From Candidatus Nanopelagicales bacterium (lineage in GTDB: Bacteria; Actinomycetota; Actinomycetes; S36-B12): DNA of 64,000 bases. Below the pieces are notes generated by a model, which saw nothing but the letters and a program-made list of their open reading frames with translations, ran no database searches and was not told the origin of the DNA. Below, piece after piece: positions 17,040-26,438 of the stretch (position 1 is its first letter; each line of letters begins with the position of its first letter). The translations under genes and the position numbers were made by a program. The stretch covers positions 148,459-212,458 of the forward strand of contig JAQTZL010000002.1 in assembly GCA_028687755.1 (NCBI GenBank), in the 5' to 3' direction.

Positions 17040-18599
17040 ATGCTCGTTGGTGATATTCCACGCCTGAATGCTCGTCGCTTCCCAAACAAAATTGGCATTA
17101 TTTGTGAAGGGCGCGAGCTGACGTGGGCTGCCGTCAATGATCGTGCCAATCGCATTGGCTCCTACCTGCGAAATGCCGGCCTCCAACCTGGCGATCGCGT
17201 GGCCATGTTTGCGCCGAACACTCTTGAGTGGCCTGAAATCTCCTTTGGGCTATCAAAGGCAGGTTTTGTCCTCGTACCTCTCAATGTGCGTTTAGCTCCA
17301 GCCGAACTTGAGTATCAGGTGCAAGACAGTGGCGCAAAGGCATTGATCTTCCATGGCTCTGTAGCCGAAGCGGCAGCAGCAGTGATGGCTGGCAATAGCG
17401 ACATCACAATCGTGCTGGAGATTGATGGTTCAGGTTCAGCTCCTGATTACGAGCAAGCAATTCTTGCTGCGTCTGCTGGAGATCCAACGCCAAGTGATCT
17501 CAAGCCAGATGATTTACGTGCATTTATATACACCTCTGGCACAACCGGCCTACCCAAGGCAGTGATGCATACGCATCGCACGATGTTGGCGGGTTGTGTT
17601 GATCAAGTGGTGATGGATCGCAGTCGTCATGACGATCGTTACATCGCAGTCACACCATTTTTCACGTCAGGCGGAGCTTTCCGCACGCTGTCTTGGGCGT
17701 ATCAAGGTCAAACCATGGTGATCATGCCAAAGTTCGAAGTGCCAGAAGTGCTTGCAACTGTTGAGAAATACCGGATTACTTCAACCATCATGGTGCCCAC
17801 GATGTTGCAACGTGTGGTGTCATATTTGGAGGAGCGTCCAAAGGTTGATATCTCATCTTTGACGCGCATTGGCTATGGATCTGCTCCAGCCTCTGCTCCA
17901 CTCATTGAGAGTGCGCTAGAGCTGCTCGGTTGTGATCTTTGGCAACGCTACGGCCAGTCTGAAGTAGGTGGCTTCGTCACGATGTTGTCGCCTGAAGACC
18001 ACCGCCAGATTGCGCTTGGCGATGTAGCCCGAGTGAATTCATGTGGTCGTGAATCAATGTATGCAGAAATTGCAGTGGTTGATGACGATGGCAAGGAATG
18101 TGCACCCGGTGAGGTCGGCGAAATTACCCTGCGATCAGAAGCGGTGAGCCCGGGCTACTGGAATCGTCTAGAAGAAACCGCAGATCGTTTCCGCGGTGAC
18201 ACCCTGTTCACGAATGACATCGCGTATCGCGATGAAGATGGCTATCTCTTCCTTGTTGATCGCAAGAACGACCTCATCATTAGTGGGGCGTTCAATATCT
18301 ATCCGGCAGAACTGGAACGTGTTGTAGCTCGGCACCCAGGTGTTGAGTCTGTTGCAGTGTTTGGCATGCCGCATCCAGAGTGGGGCGAGAGCCCACATGT
18401 TTCTGTGGTGGTTCGCTCGCAATGGAGCGGTGATCAGGCACAACTTGAGCAAGAGATTAAGGATCTATGCCGAACTGAACTTGCCGGTTACAAGCAACCA
18501 CGTGGTTTCACAACTCACGCAGATTTCCCGCTGAGTGGTGCAGGCAAAGTGCTCAAGAGTGAGTTGAAGAAGGTTGTTGCTCAGGATGCAGACTCATGA
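17040..18599 (+). CDS. AMP-dependent acyl-CoA synthetase/ligase
   Basis: AMP-binding motif IYTSGTTGLPKAVMHTH and C-terminal GAGKVLKSEL. Confidence 0.9.
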   Translation: MLVGDIPRLNARRFPNKIGIICEGRELTWAAVNDRANRIGSYLRNAGLQPGDRVAMFAPNTLEWPEISFGLSKAGFVLVPLNVRLAPAELEYQVQDSGAKALIFHGSVAEAAAAVMAGNSDITIVLEIDGSGSAPDYEQAILAASAGDPTPSDLKPDDLRAFIYTSGTTGLPKAVMHTHRTMLAGCVDQVVMDRSRHDDRYIAVTPFFTSGGAFRTLSWAYQGQTMVIMPKFEVPEVLATVEKYRITSTIMVPTMLQRVVSYLEERPKVDISSLTRIGYGSAPASAPLIESALELLGCDLWQRYGQSEVGGFVTMLSPEDHRQIALGDVARVNSCGRESMYAEIAVVDDDGKECAPGEVGEITLRSEAVSPGYWNRLEETADRFRGDTLFTNDIAYRDEDGYLFLVDRKNDLIISGAFNIYPAELERVVARHPGVESVAVFGMPHPEWGESPHVSVVVRSQWSGDQAQLEQEIKDLCRTELAGYKQPRGFTTHADFPLSGAGKVLKSELKKVVAQDADS

Positions 18600-18859
18600 G
18601 CAATAACTGGACCCTTGGCATCACCGATAAGCCAGAAGAAGTCGTGTGGAACGAATTTGCAGCAGTTCGAGTTGCGATTGATCGGGCAGGCAAGACCCCT
18701 CGACTCATGATTGAGGATCTAGAAACTCACGAGGTTGCGTATCTTGATCCTCTGGAGTTAGCCAGTTTCGTCATCGCAACACCAGAAATGCGCACGGAAT
18801 GGTTAGCAGTGGGCGCTTACGCGAAAGCGCAGCTACGAGGCGAACCACACCCGCACTGA
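18596..18859 (+). CDS. hypothetical 87-aa protein
   Basis: ATGA overlap with the ligase stop suggests translational coupling. No Cys and no recognisable motif. Confidence 0.4.
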   Translation: MSNNWTLGITDKPEEVVWNEFAAVRVAIDRAGKTPRLMIEDLETHEVAYLDPLELASFVIATPEMRTEWLAVGAYAKAQLRGEPHPH

Positions 18860-18907
18860 CCTGTGCCGAATAATGAGACCTGAACTACCGATCGATCGAG
18901 GAGCAGC

Positions 18908-19696
18908 ATGACCATCAACGCCGAACAGGCTCAATCGCACGCCGATGCTTTGTACGAGGCTCGGCAAACTAAGCAAGCCATTGCTGCGTTCACTGATGAT
19001 GCTCCAGAACTTGGCATGCTTGACGGGTACGAGATTCAGCAGCGCCTGGTCGAAAAGCTCATTTCCAGCGGTGAAGTCATTACTGGCTACAAGTTGGGTC
19101 TGACATCAAAGGCAATGCAGGACCTGCTCGGAATTGATCAACCTGACTTTGGTCCAATCTTTGAATCCGGAATCTTTAGTGATGGATCAACCATTCCTCG
19201 CGATCAATTCATTGCGCCTCGCATTGAAGGCGAAATTGGCTTGATTCTCGGCAAAGATCTCAGCGGCCCAGATTGCACTGTTGATGATGTGCGTGATGCG
19301 ACCGTGGGGCTCTCGGCTGCACTGGAAATTGTTGATTCCCGCATTGTTGACTGGAAGATCAAACTTGCCGACACCGTGGCGGATCTTGCAAGTGGTGGCG
19401 CAATTGCATTGAGTAGCAAGGTCGTGCCTATTGATGGATTCGATCCACGCCACATCGGCATGGTGTTTTCTAAGAACGGCGAAGTGCTGGCTACTGGAGC
19501 AGGAGCTGCAGCGATGGGTGACCCATTGGCCACTGTTGCTTGGCTTGCTAACACTTTGGCCCCGATGGGGGTCGTGCTCAAAGCCGGTCAGGTCATCATG
19601 ACTGGTGCGCTGCACGCAATGGTGCCCGCTGGCTCAGGTGACTCGTTCACTGCAGAGTTTGATCGTCTTGGCTCAATCACAGTGGAAGTGAAGTAA
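18908..19696 (+). CDS. mhpD: 2-keto-4-pentenoate (2-oxopent-4-enoate) hydratase family
   Basis: ITGYKLGLTSKAMQ and FIAPRIEGEIGLIL motifs. GAGGAG SD. Confidence 0.85.
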   Translation: MTINAEQAQSHADALYEARQTKQAIAAFTDDAPELGMLDGYEIQQRLVEKLISSGEVITGYKLGLTSKAMQDLLGIDQPDFGPIFESGIFSDGSTIPRDQFIAPRIEGEIGLILGKDLSGPDCTVDDVRDATVGLSAALEIVDSRIVDWKIKLADTVADLASGGAIALSSKVVPIDGFDPRHIGMVFSKNGEVLATGAGAAAMGDPLATVAWLANTLAPMGVVLKAGQVIMTGALHAMVPAGSGDSFTAEFDRLGSITVEVK

Positions 19697-19702
19697 CCCT
19701 TC

Positions 19703-20617
19703 ATGAAGAAAATGCGCTGCGCAATCCTGGGTTCAGGAAATATCGGTACCGACCTCATGTTCAAAATGCTTCGTTCTGATGTGTTGGATCTGGTTGCCCT
19801 CGTGGGCATTGATCCTGAAAGCGACGGACTCAAGCGAGCAAAGGGTTTAGGGCTACTTGCGCCACACGAGGGACCTGAGTGGGTTCTTGATCCGGGTAAC
19901 AACATCGACATGATCTTTGATGCGACCAGTGCTTATGTGCATGTGCGAAACGCACCGAAGTATCGTGAAGCTGGCATCGTTGCAGTGGATCTCACTCCCG
20001 CGGCTCGTGGGCCAAAGGTGATTCCTGCAGTGAATCTCTATGAGCACCTTGATTCCATGAACGTCAACATGGTTACTTGCGGCGGACAAGCCACAACGCC
20101 AATCGTGTATGCCATTCGTCGCGCCATCGATGAGCTCCCTTACGCCGAGATGGTGTCAACGATTGCCTCCCTTTCGGCAGGTCCAGGAACACGCGCAAAT
20201 ATTGATGAATTCACCGTGACCACAAGTGCTGCACTTCGTGAAATTGGTGGCGCCAAGACTTCAAAGGCCATCATCGTGATGAATCCAGCCGATCCACCGA
20301 TCATGATGCGTAACACCGTGTTTGGGGCACTTCCAGAAGGCTCTGATCATGATGCAGTGATTGCCTCAATCTTGGAAATGGTTGGAGAAGTCGCCAAATA
20401 TGTCCCGGGTTATCACTTGAAAAACGAACCAGTGATTGAAGTTGGCCCGTTCAATACTCCGGGCGGAGTTGTTCCGCATCGCGTTGTCGCTCTGCTCGAG
20501 GTTGAGGGCGCCGGAGATTACCTGCCTCCATATTCGGGCAACCTCGACATCATGACTGCTGCAGCCTTGCGCGTCGGCGAAGCGATTTCGATTCACAAGT
20601 CAGGAGCCAACGCATGA
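19703..20617 (+). CDS. mhpF: acetaldehyde dehydrogenase (acetylating)
   Basis: [27 protein letters not shown] and [13 protein letters not shown] motifs. Confidence 0.9.
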   Translation: MKKMRCAILGSGNIGTDLMFKMLRSDVLDLVALVGIDPESDGLKRAKGLGLLAPHEGPEWVLDPGNNIDMIFDATSAYVHVRNAPKYREAGIVAVDLTPAARGPKVIPAVNLYEHLDSMNVNMVTCGGQATTPIVYAIRRAIDELPYAEMVSTIASLSAGPGTRANIDEFTVTTSAALREIGGAKTSKAIIVMNPADPPIMMRNTVFGALPEGSDHDAVIASILEMVGEVAKYVPGYHLKNEPVIEVGPFNTPGGVVPHRVVALLEVEGAGDYLPPYSGNLDIMTAAALRVGEAISIHKSGANA

Positions 20618-21651
20618 GCACGCCAACTACACACCGCGACTTCCGTCTGATTGACTCAACCCTGCGCGATGGCTCGCACGCTATTAGTCACCAGTACACC
20701 GAAGACGATGTCATCAGCATTGTGAAAGGCCTAGACGCAGCAGGCGTTGAAGTCATTGAGATCGCTCACGGTGACGGCCTGGGTGGTTCTAGCTTCAACT
20801 ATGGCTTCTCCAAGGTTGATGAAAAGTTGCTGATTGCGCGTGCCTGCGAAGCCACGACGAACGCAGAAATCGCGTGCTTGCTGCTGCCAGGCATTGGCAT
20901 CGCCGATGACCTTCGCGAAGTGAAGGAACTTGGTGTCAATGTTGCACGCATCGCGGTGCACTGCACTGAAGCAGATATCACTGAACAGCACATCAAGGTT
21001 GCGAAGAAGCTCGAGATGGAAGCCATCGGTTTCTTGATGATGTCGCACATGAGTACCCCAGAGGATCTCGTGAAGCAGGCTCTGTTGATGCAGTCGTACG
21101 GCGCAGACACGCTGTACATCGCCGATTCAGCAGGCGCGATGACCACTGAAGATGTTCGTCGTCGAGTCAATGCACTCGTAAGTGCCCTTGAGATCCCTGT
21201 GGGTGTACACGCACATAACAACCTTTCCATGGCAGTTGCGAACTCGATTGCTGCTTATGAAGAAGGTGCCAAGAACCTTGATGGCACGAGTGCTGGGCTT
21301 GGCGCTGGCGCGGGTAACTGCCCAACTGAAATCTTGGCTGCGGTGAGTACCAAATACGGCATTGAAACCGGTGTGAATCCACTGGCGCTGATGGATCTGG
21401 CTGAAGAAATCGTTCGTCCAATGATGCCGCGCCAGCAAGTCATTGACCGTGCTGGTCTCATCCTTGGCTATGCCGGCGTGTACGGCTCGTTCCTCCTGCA
21501 CTCGCAGAAAGCCGCAGAGCGCTATGGAGTCAGTCAGGCCGAGATCCTGTTAGAGCTTGGCCGCCGCAAGGTTGTTGGCGGTCAGGAAGACATGATCATC
21601 GATGTTGCGCTCGAACTTGCTCGTGCGCATGCTGCCCAAGAAGGTCAGTAA
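20614..21651 (+). CDS. mhpE: 4-hydroxy-2-oxovalerate aldolase
   Basis: [22 protein letters not shown] and [13 protein letters not shown] motifs. ATGA overlap upstream. Confidence 0.9.
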   Translation: MSTPTTHRDFRLIDSTLRDGSHAISHQYTEDDVISIVKGLDAAGVEVIEIAHGDGLGGSSFNYGFSKVDEKLLIARACEATTNAEIACLLLPGIGIADDLREVKELGVNVARIAVHCTEADITEQHIKVAKKLEMEAIGFLMMSHMSTPEDLVKQALLMQSYGADTLYIADSAGAMTTEDVRRRVNALVSALEIPVGVHAHNNLSMAVANSIAAYEEGAKNLDGTSAGLGAGAGNCPTEILAAVSTKYGIETGVNPLALMDLAEEIVRPMMPRQQVIDRAGLILGYAGVYGSFLLHSQKAAERYGVSQAEILLELGRRKVVGGQEDMIIDVALELARAHAAQEGQ

Positions 21652-21668
21652 CCGTAAAGGAGCGGTGT

Positions 21669-22118
21669 ATGAGTGATCTAGATCCGCTAGTCAGACTTCT
21701 GGCGATTGAAGACATTCGTGTGCTGCGGGCCCAGTATTGGCGCTTTGTCGATACCAAGGCATGGGAAGAATTCGGGGAGCTCTTCACTCCAACCTGCTAT
21801 TTCACTAATCACGAATCCAATTACACATTCGCTGGCAACGATCAGATGCGAGATCAAATTCGCGGGATTCTTGGTGAAGTGTTTACCTTCCATGCTGGCC
21901 ATCAAAGTGAAATAACAATTCTTGACGAAACCCATGCAAGCGGTATTTGGGCAATCAGCGATTACCTGGTGTTCCCCGAGCATGTTGAGTATCCAGCGGA
22001 CCCGGAAATCAAAACCATACGAAGTGTCGGTTATTACTTTGATACCTACGAAAAAGTCGATGACCGCTGGTTATTCGCGGGCATCGACTTTCATCGCATG
22101 CGTACTGACAAGCAGTAG
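21669..22118 (+). CDS. NTF2-like / SnoaL-type small protein
   Basis: IEDIRVLRAQYWRFVDTKAWEEFGELFTP, the SnoaL_4-like N-terminus. Confidence 0.65.
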   Translation: MSDLDPLVRLLAIEDIRVLRAQYWRFVDTKAWEEFGELFTPTCYFTNHESNYTFAGNDQMRDQIRGILGEVFTFHAGHQSEITILDETHASGIWAISDYLVFPEHVEYPADPEIKTIRSVGYYFDTYEKVDDRWLFAGIDFHRMRTDKQ

Positions 22119-22132
22119 ATGTAACTGGCTGG

Positions 22133-22405
22133 TTAGAGACCCAACGCCTTTGCTTTAGCGGCAGTGAACTCATCATCGGTGAGGATTCCCTGCTTGTGTA
22201 GCTCAGCAAGCTGGGCAACCTTGGCAAGGGAATCATCTTCAGCTGGAGCGGCTACTGCATCTGGTGCGGCAGCGCCTGTTGCTGCTTGTTGTTCTGCAAC
22301 CTTTTCGTTGTAAGCCAATGCTTGGCGTTGTGCAACGCGACCTGACACAGCTGTTGCGGTGCCGGAAATCACTGCTGTGCGTGCTGCTACTCGTAGAAGA
22401 CCCAT
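22133..22405 (-). CDS. SHOCT domain-containing protein
   Basis: C-terminal LAELHKQGILTDDEFTAAKAKALGL. Confidence 0.65.
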   Translation of the reverse strand: MGLLRVAARTAVISGTATAVSGRVAQRQALAYNEKVAEQQAATGAAAPDAVAAPAEDDSLAKVAQLAELHKQGILTDDEFTAAKAKALGL

Positions 22406-22435
22406 GATCGTTCCCTTCGTAAATGTCGTGTGTAA

Positions 22436-22843
22436 TTAACGTGCGAGGATTTGCTCTGCTGCTGCAGCAGGAATTCGAATCTGATCGATCACTACAGCAT
22501 CTGCTTCGCGGATTGCATCGACAAACTTCGAAGCCCAGGTGTTCTCGTAGGCAACGGCTAGAGCTGAGCTATTCACAGGGATGTCTTCAGCAATTTCATC
22601 TGCATCATCCAGACCCAGTGCGCCAGGTGAGGCAATTGTGACACCGGCTACTGCAGCACCTAACTGCTCATCGAAATCATGGAACTCAAGCGCAGTAGTC
22701 ACTCCATCGGCATCTTTCATGATGAACAGGAGATCAAGAATGTGAATGGTTCCGGAATCAACGAGCTCAATGATCGCCGGGGCAATTTTGCCGCTGAACT
22801 TATTGCCAGGAAAACCGATAATGATGACGTCTACGGGGCCCAT
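22436..22843 (-). CDS. DUF6325-like protein of unknown function
   Basis: MGPVDVIIIGFPGNKFSGKIAPAIIELVDSGTIHILDLLFI. GAGGAA SD before ATG 22843; the track start is GTG 22855. Confidence 0.5.
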   Translation of the reverse strand: MGPVDVIIIGFPGNKFSGKIAPAIIELVDSGTIHILDLLFIMKDADGVTTALEFHDFDEQLGAAVAGVTIASPGALGLDDADEIAEDIPVNSSALAVAYENTWASKFVDAIREADAVVIDQIRIPAAAAEQILAR

Positions 22844-22961
22844 GGAATTCCTCACAGTGGTGATGGTTGGCAGGCGAACTGTTCAGCACTGCACGATGAA
22901 ATGACTGTAACCCGTGGGTCGATGGCCCCGGAAATGCGGGACAGGGCACCAAATGGTGCAT

Positions 22962-23038
22962 TGGGGTGAGTAACGGGACTCGAACCCGCGACATTCGCGA
23001 CCACAACGCGACGCTCTACCAGCTGAGCTATACCCACC
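22962..23038 (-). tRNA. tRNA-His (anticodon GTG) with encoded G-1 and CCA
   Basis: G(-1)-GTGGGTA acceptor pairing with TACTCAC-C, anticodon stem TCGCG/CGCGA with loop TTGTGGT, T arm GCGGG-TTCGAGT-CCCGT, 3' CCA encoded. Confidence 0.9.
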
Positions 23039-23137
23039 ATGAAGCCAGCCGAAGCCACCCTCACCCGCTTGCGCGGAGCACTAATACTAGCGGCAGGGTT
23101 GATGGCCCCAAATCCGGCTCAGATCTGGTTGCTGACG

Positions 23138-23746
23138 TCAGCCGTGATCGACCACATGCCGTTGGCCGATCTCCTTTGCGGCAGCAGTCTCTAGCCCAGG
23201 AGCTGGGATGAATACCGCTTCGCGGTAATAGCGCAGTTCAGCGATTGACTCACGAATGTCACCCAGGGCTCGGTGGTTGCCATGCTTTTCTGGCATGGAG
23301 AAGTAGGTGCGCGGATACCACCGGCGGACCAGTTCTTTGATGCTGGAAACGTCAACGAGTCGGTAGTGCAAGTAATCATCAAGTTCTGGCATGTATTTGG
23401 TGAGGAAGCCTCGATCGGTATACACACTTGAGCCAGCCAACGGCGCTTTCTTGGGTTCGGGCACATGCTGCATCACATAAGCCAGCACCTGAGCCTGTGC
23501 ATCTTCCAGTGCAATGCCGTTGGGAATTTCAGTGATCAAATCCGATTCAGTGTGCATGTTGACCACAAAGTCATCCATTTGTTCAAGCGCTGCATCGCTG
23601 CACTTGATAACCAAGCTAATGCCGGCGTCAAGTTCATTGAGTTCGCCATCAGTAACGATTGCTGCAATTTCAACGAGCTCATCCTTTTCAGGATAAAGCC
23701 CAGTCATTTCGCAATCTATCCACACCAAGCGGTCACTGTTAGCCAT
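23138..23746 (-). CDS. orn: oligoribonuclease
   Basis: DEDDh exonuclease motifs LVWIDCEMTGL, VEIAAIVTD and HRALGDIRESI. Confidence 0.9.
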   Translation of the reverse strand: MANSDRLVWIDCEMTGLYPEKDELVEIAAIVTDGELNELDAGISLVIKCSDAALEQMDDFVVNMHTESDLITEIPNGIALEDAQAQVLAYVMQHVPEPKKAPLAGSSVYTDRGFLTKYMPELDDYLHYRLVDVSSIKELVRRWYPRTYFSMPEKHGNHRALGDIRESIAELRYYREAVFIPAPGLETAAAKEIGQRHVVDHG

Positions 23747-23769
23747 GTGCTCAGGGTAGTGGAGTGGTG

Positions 23770-24663
23770 TTACGCAGCGTCGTCCTCATGTGCTTCTTCT
23801 GTCACGACGACCACAGGCACTGTTGCTCGGTGCAACACACTGTGGCTCACGGAACCAATAATTGATCCCACGACAGCACCGTGACCTCGAGTGCCCATCA
23901 CAATCGCGGCTGCTTCAGGTTCTGCACTCAAAATGGCATTTGCGGGCGTAGTGCGAATAACTCGCGTTTCCAACGTGACATCTGGGTAGCGTGCTTCGTA
24001 GCCAGCGAGCAGTTCAGCAGCAAGGCGAACCTCTGTGTTGGCAATATCGCCAATTTGAATGGGCACTGGCGTGTTTGGCATCACGATGAGATCAAACGAC
24101 GGAACATCCCAAGCGTGTACTGCAAGAACACGAAGGTGATGTCGGCTTGCGTAGTCAAAGGCGAAATCAACAGCAGCATGTGACGCTGCACTGCCGTCAA
24201 CCCCAACCACAACAGCAGTGGCATCGATCACGCGATCATCGCGGATGACGGCAACGGGGCAGTCAGCATGGGTAACCAGCTGCTGACTGACTGAGCCAAG
24301 GAGGAGTTCCTTGAAACCTCCATGCCCACGTGATCCAACGACGATCAATGCAGCGCTTTCAGATGCAGCAAGCAGAATCCCGGTAGGTGAGCCCACTTGT
24401 ACGAGGGTTTGAATATCAGCCGATGGCAAGGTTGCAGCAAACGCGTCGAGCGATGTTTGCGCGCTCGTACGAATCTCATCGAGCGCGTCCAGCGAAATCG
24501 GTGCGCTAGGCCCCCAAGCACCGCTGCTGCTCATCGGTGGAACGGTGGCATGGATCACGGTGAGCCCTAGTCCACGGGTCTGGGCTTCACGTGCAGCCCA
24601 TCGCGCAGCACCCAGTGACGGTTCGCTTCCATCGAAACCTACGACGACCCGATTGTGGAACAT
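23770..24663 (-). CDS. universal stress protein, tandem USP domains
   Basis: Two repeats, each ending in a GSRGHGG / GTRGHGA...GSVS ATP-binding motif. GGAGG SD before ATG 24663. Confidence 0.85.
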   Translation of the reverse strand: MFHNRVVVGFDGSEPSLGAARWAAREAQTRGLGLTVIHATVPPMSSSGAWGPSAPISLDALDEIRTSAQTSLDAFAATLPSADIQTLVQVGSPTGILLAASESAALIVVGSRGHGGFKELLLGSVSQQLVTHADCPVAVIRDDRVIDATAVVVGVDGSAASHAAVDFAFDYASRHHLRVLAVHAWDVPSFDLIVMPNTPVPIQIGDIANTEVRLAAELLAGYEARYPDVTLETRVIRTTPANAILSAEPEAAAIVMGTRGHGAVVGSIIGSVSHSVLHRATVPVVVVTEEAHEDDAA

Positions 24664-24776
24664 TGTGATGACCTCCATGAAGCAGTGTTTCAGTTCCTGA
24701 ACAACCCCGCGAGGGGAACTAGGCCCCTTTGGTGGGGACTAATGACCTCATCTTGCCGCTTCGTTAGCCTTCTCGT

Positions 24777-25523
24777 ATGGCAGATCTCGTGTATCGCCCA
24801 CTTGTTTTCACAGCCAAGGGGCTTTTCAAATCCCTTGGCCTGAAATTCGACATCGTTGGCCAAGAGAACATCCCGACAACCGGCGGTGCAGTGCTCGCTA
24901 TTAATCACATCAGTTTTCTGGACTATGCCTTTGCTGGTCTTCCAGCAGATCGTGCCGGGCACCGCCGGGTGCGCTTCATGGCTAAAGATGGAATTTTTAA
25001 GAACCCAGTCGCTGGCCCGTTGATGCGATCAATGGGGCATATCTCTGTGAATCGGGATGCGGGCTCTGATGCATTTCGACAGGGTGTGCGCGCGCTTAAA
25101 GATGGAGAGCTGCTCGGCGTTTTTCCCGAAGGCACGATGAGTCGGTCCTTTGAATTAATTTCATTCAAAAGTGGCGCGGTGCGCATGGCTGCGATGGCCC
25201 AGGTGCCGATCATTCCGATGACTGTTTTTGGCGGCCAGAGAATTCTTGGGTACGGGCATAAAGATCTTTCGCGAGGCAAAACAATCGGTATCACCATTGG
25301 TGCGCCAATTCAGGTGGAAAAGCGTGCAGATGTCCATACCGAGACCGATCATTTGAAGTCAGTGATGGGCTCGCTCTTGGATGAAACGATAGAAAGGTAT
25401 CCAAGAAATTCAACTGACGACTTGTGGTGGTTGCCGCCTCGCTTTGGCGGTACTGCTCCAACGGTTGAAGAGTTACGCAATAAACGCTCGCACTCGTCCG
25501 ATACTGCTGAGGACAACGACTAG
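24777..25523 (+). CDS. 1-acyl-sn-glycerol-3-phosphate (lysophospholipid) acyltransferase
   Basis: HX4D motif NHISFLD and FPEGT motif. Confidence 0.85.
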   Translation: MADLVYRPLVFTAKGLFKSLGLKFDIVGQENIPTTGGAVLAINHISFLDYAFAGLPADRAGHRRVRFMAKDGIFKNPVAGPLMRSMGHISVNRDAGSDAFRQGVRALKDGELLGVFPEGTMSRSFELISFKSGAVRMAAMAQVPIIPMTVFGGQRILGYGHKDLSRGKTIGITIGAPIQVEKRADVHTETDHLKSVMGSLLDETIERYPRNSTDDLWWLPPRFGGTAPTVEELRNKRSHSSDTAEDND

Positions 25524-25550
25524 TCTGACTACAGGCGTAGAGGGGGCTGT

Positions 25551-26399
25551 ATGAGTAAGAGCACCACGAATTTCATGTTGTCCATCGTGGCTCCGCTTGT
25601 GTTCATCGCAATCATTTTGACCGCGGACACAATTGAAGGACCGAAAACGGCGTACGTCGGCGTTCTCGCAGTCGTGCCAATGTTCGCGGCTGTGTTCGGC
25701 ACGATTTGGACCACGGCGATTATTTCGCTGATCACTGTGTTGTCTGCCTGGGCTTTCGGGCACTTTGCCAGTGATGGAAATGTTCAAGCTCAGACTGTTC
25801 GATTGATCATCATCTCGATTGTCGGACTCCTCGCAATCTACGCAGTGCGCCTGCGCATGATCAGGGAAAAGGCCTTGGTCGCAGCTCTCCAGGAAGCCGC
25901 GTTCGCATCTCAGATGCGCGAGTTAGCTGACACGGATCAGCTCACGGAGTTGCTGAATCGTCGAGGTCTGTTGTCTCGATTAGAACGTGAGTCCGCACGA
26001 GATAGAACCTTGATCATTATTGATCTCGATAATCTCAAAAAAGTGAATGATGAGCATGGCCATTTAGTTGGCGACAGTTACATCAAAGCTATTGCCGGGC
26101 GTTTAGCTGGATCCATTAGCAAGACTGATTTTGTTGGTCGTTGGGGTGGCGACGAATTTCTCGTAGTAGTCAATGCCGCCGCCGACGAAGCAGAGCGCAT
26201 CATGGCGCGACTACAAAATGTCGTGACAAGAGCGGACATCACCACTGATTCGCTCAAGATTCCGGCTTCCTTTTCGGCAGGGGCTGCGCTCTGGAATCCT
26301 GGCGAGTCCATTGATGATGCATTGCGCCGTGCAGATGCGGCTCTGTATTCAGCAAAATCCCAAGGACGCAACACGGTGGTCTTCGCCAATTCGCTGTAA
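25551..26399 (+). CDS. membrane-anchored GGDEF-domain diguanylate cyclase
   Basis: An N-terminal hydrophobic region of about 110 aa (several TM helices), then DQLTELLNRRG and RWGGDEFLVV. There is no RxxD I-site (SKTD) upstream of GGDEF. Confidence 0.85.
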   Translation: MSKSTTNFMLSIVAPLVFIAIILTADTIEGPKTAYVGVLAVVPMFAAVFGTIWTTAIISLITVLSAWAFGHFASDGNVQAQTVRLIIISIVGLLAIYAVRLRMIREKALVAALQEAAFASQMRELADTDQLTELLNRRGLLSRLERESARDRTLIIIDLDNLKKVNDEHGHLVGDSYIKAIAGRLAGSISKTDFVGRWGGDEFLVVVNAAADEAERIMARLQNVVTRADITTDSLKIPASFSAGAALWNPGESIDDALRRADAALYSAKSQGRNTVVFANSL

Positions 26400-26438
26400 G
26401 CGATCCTTTCGAGAATTCCTTGTGAATGTGTAGCGCAA

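Noticed and set aside
22852-23064. 70-aa and 81-aa ORFs overlapping tRNA-His.
   Set aside because: The region folds into a canonical tRNA-His cloverleaf with G-1 and CCA. The ORFs are artefacts.
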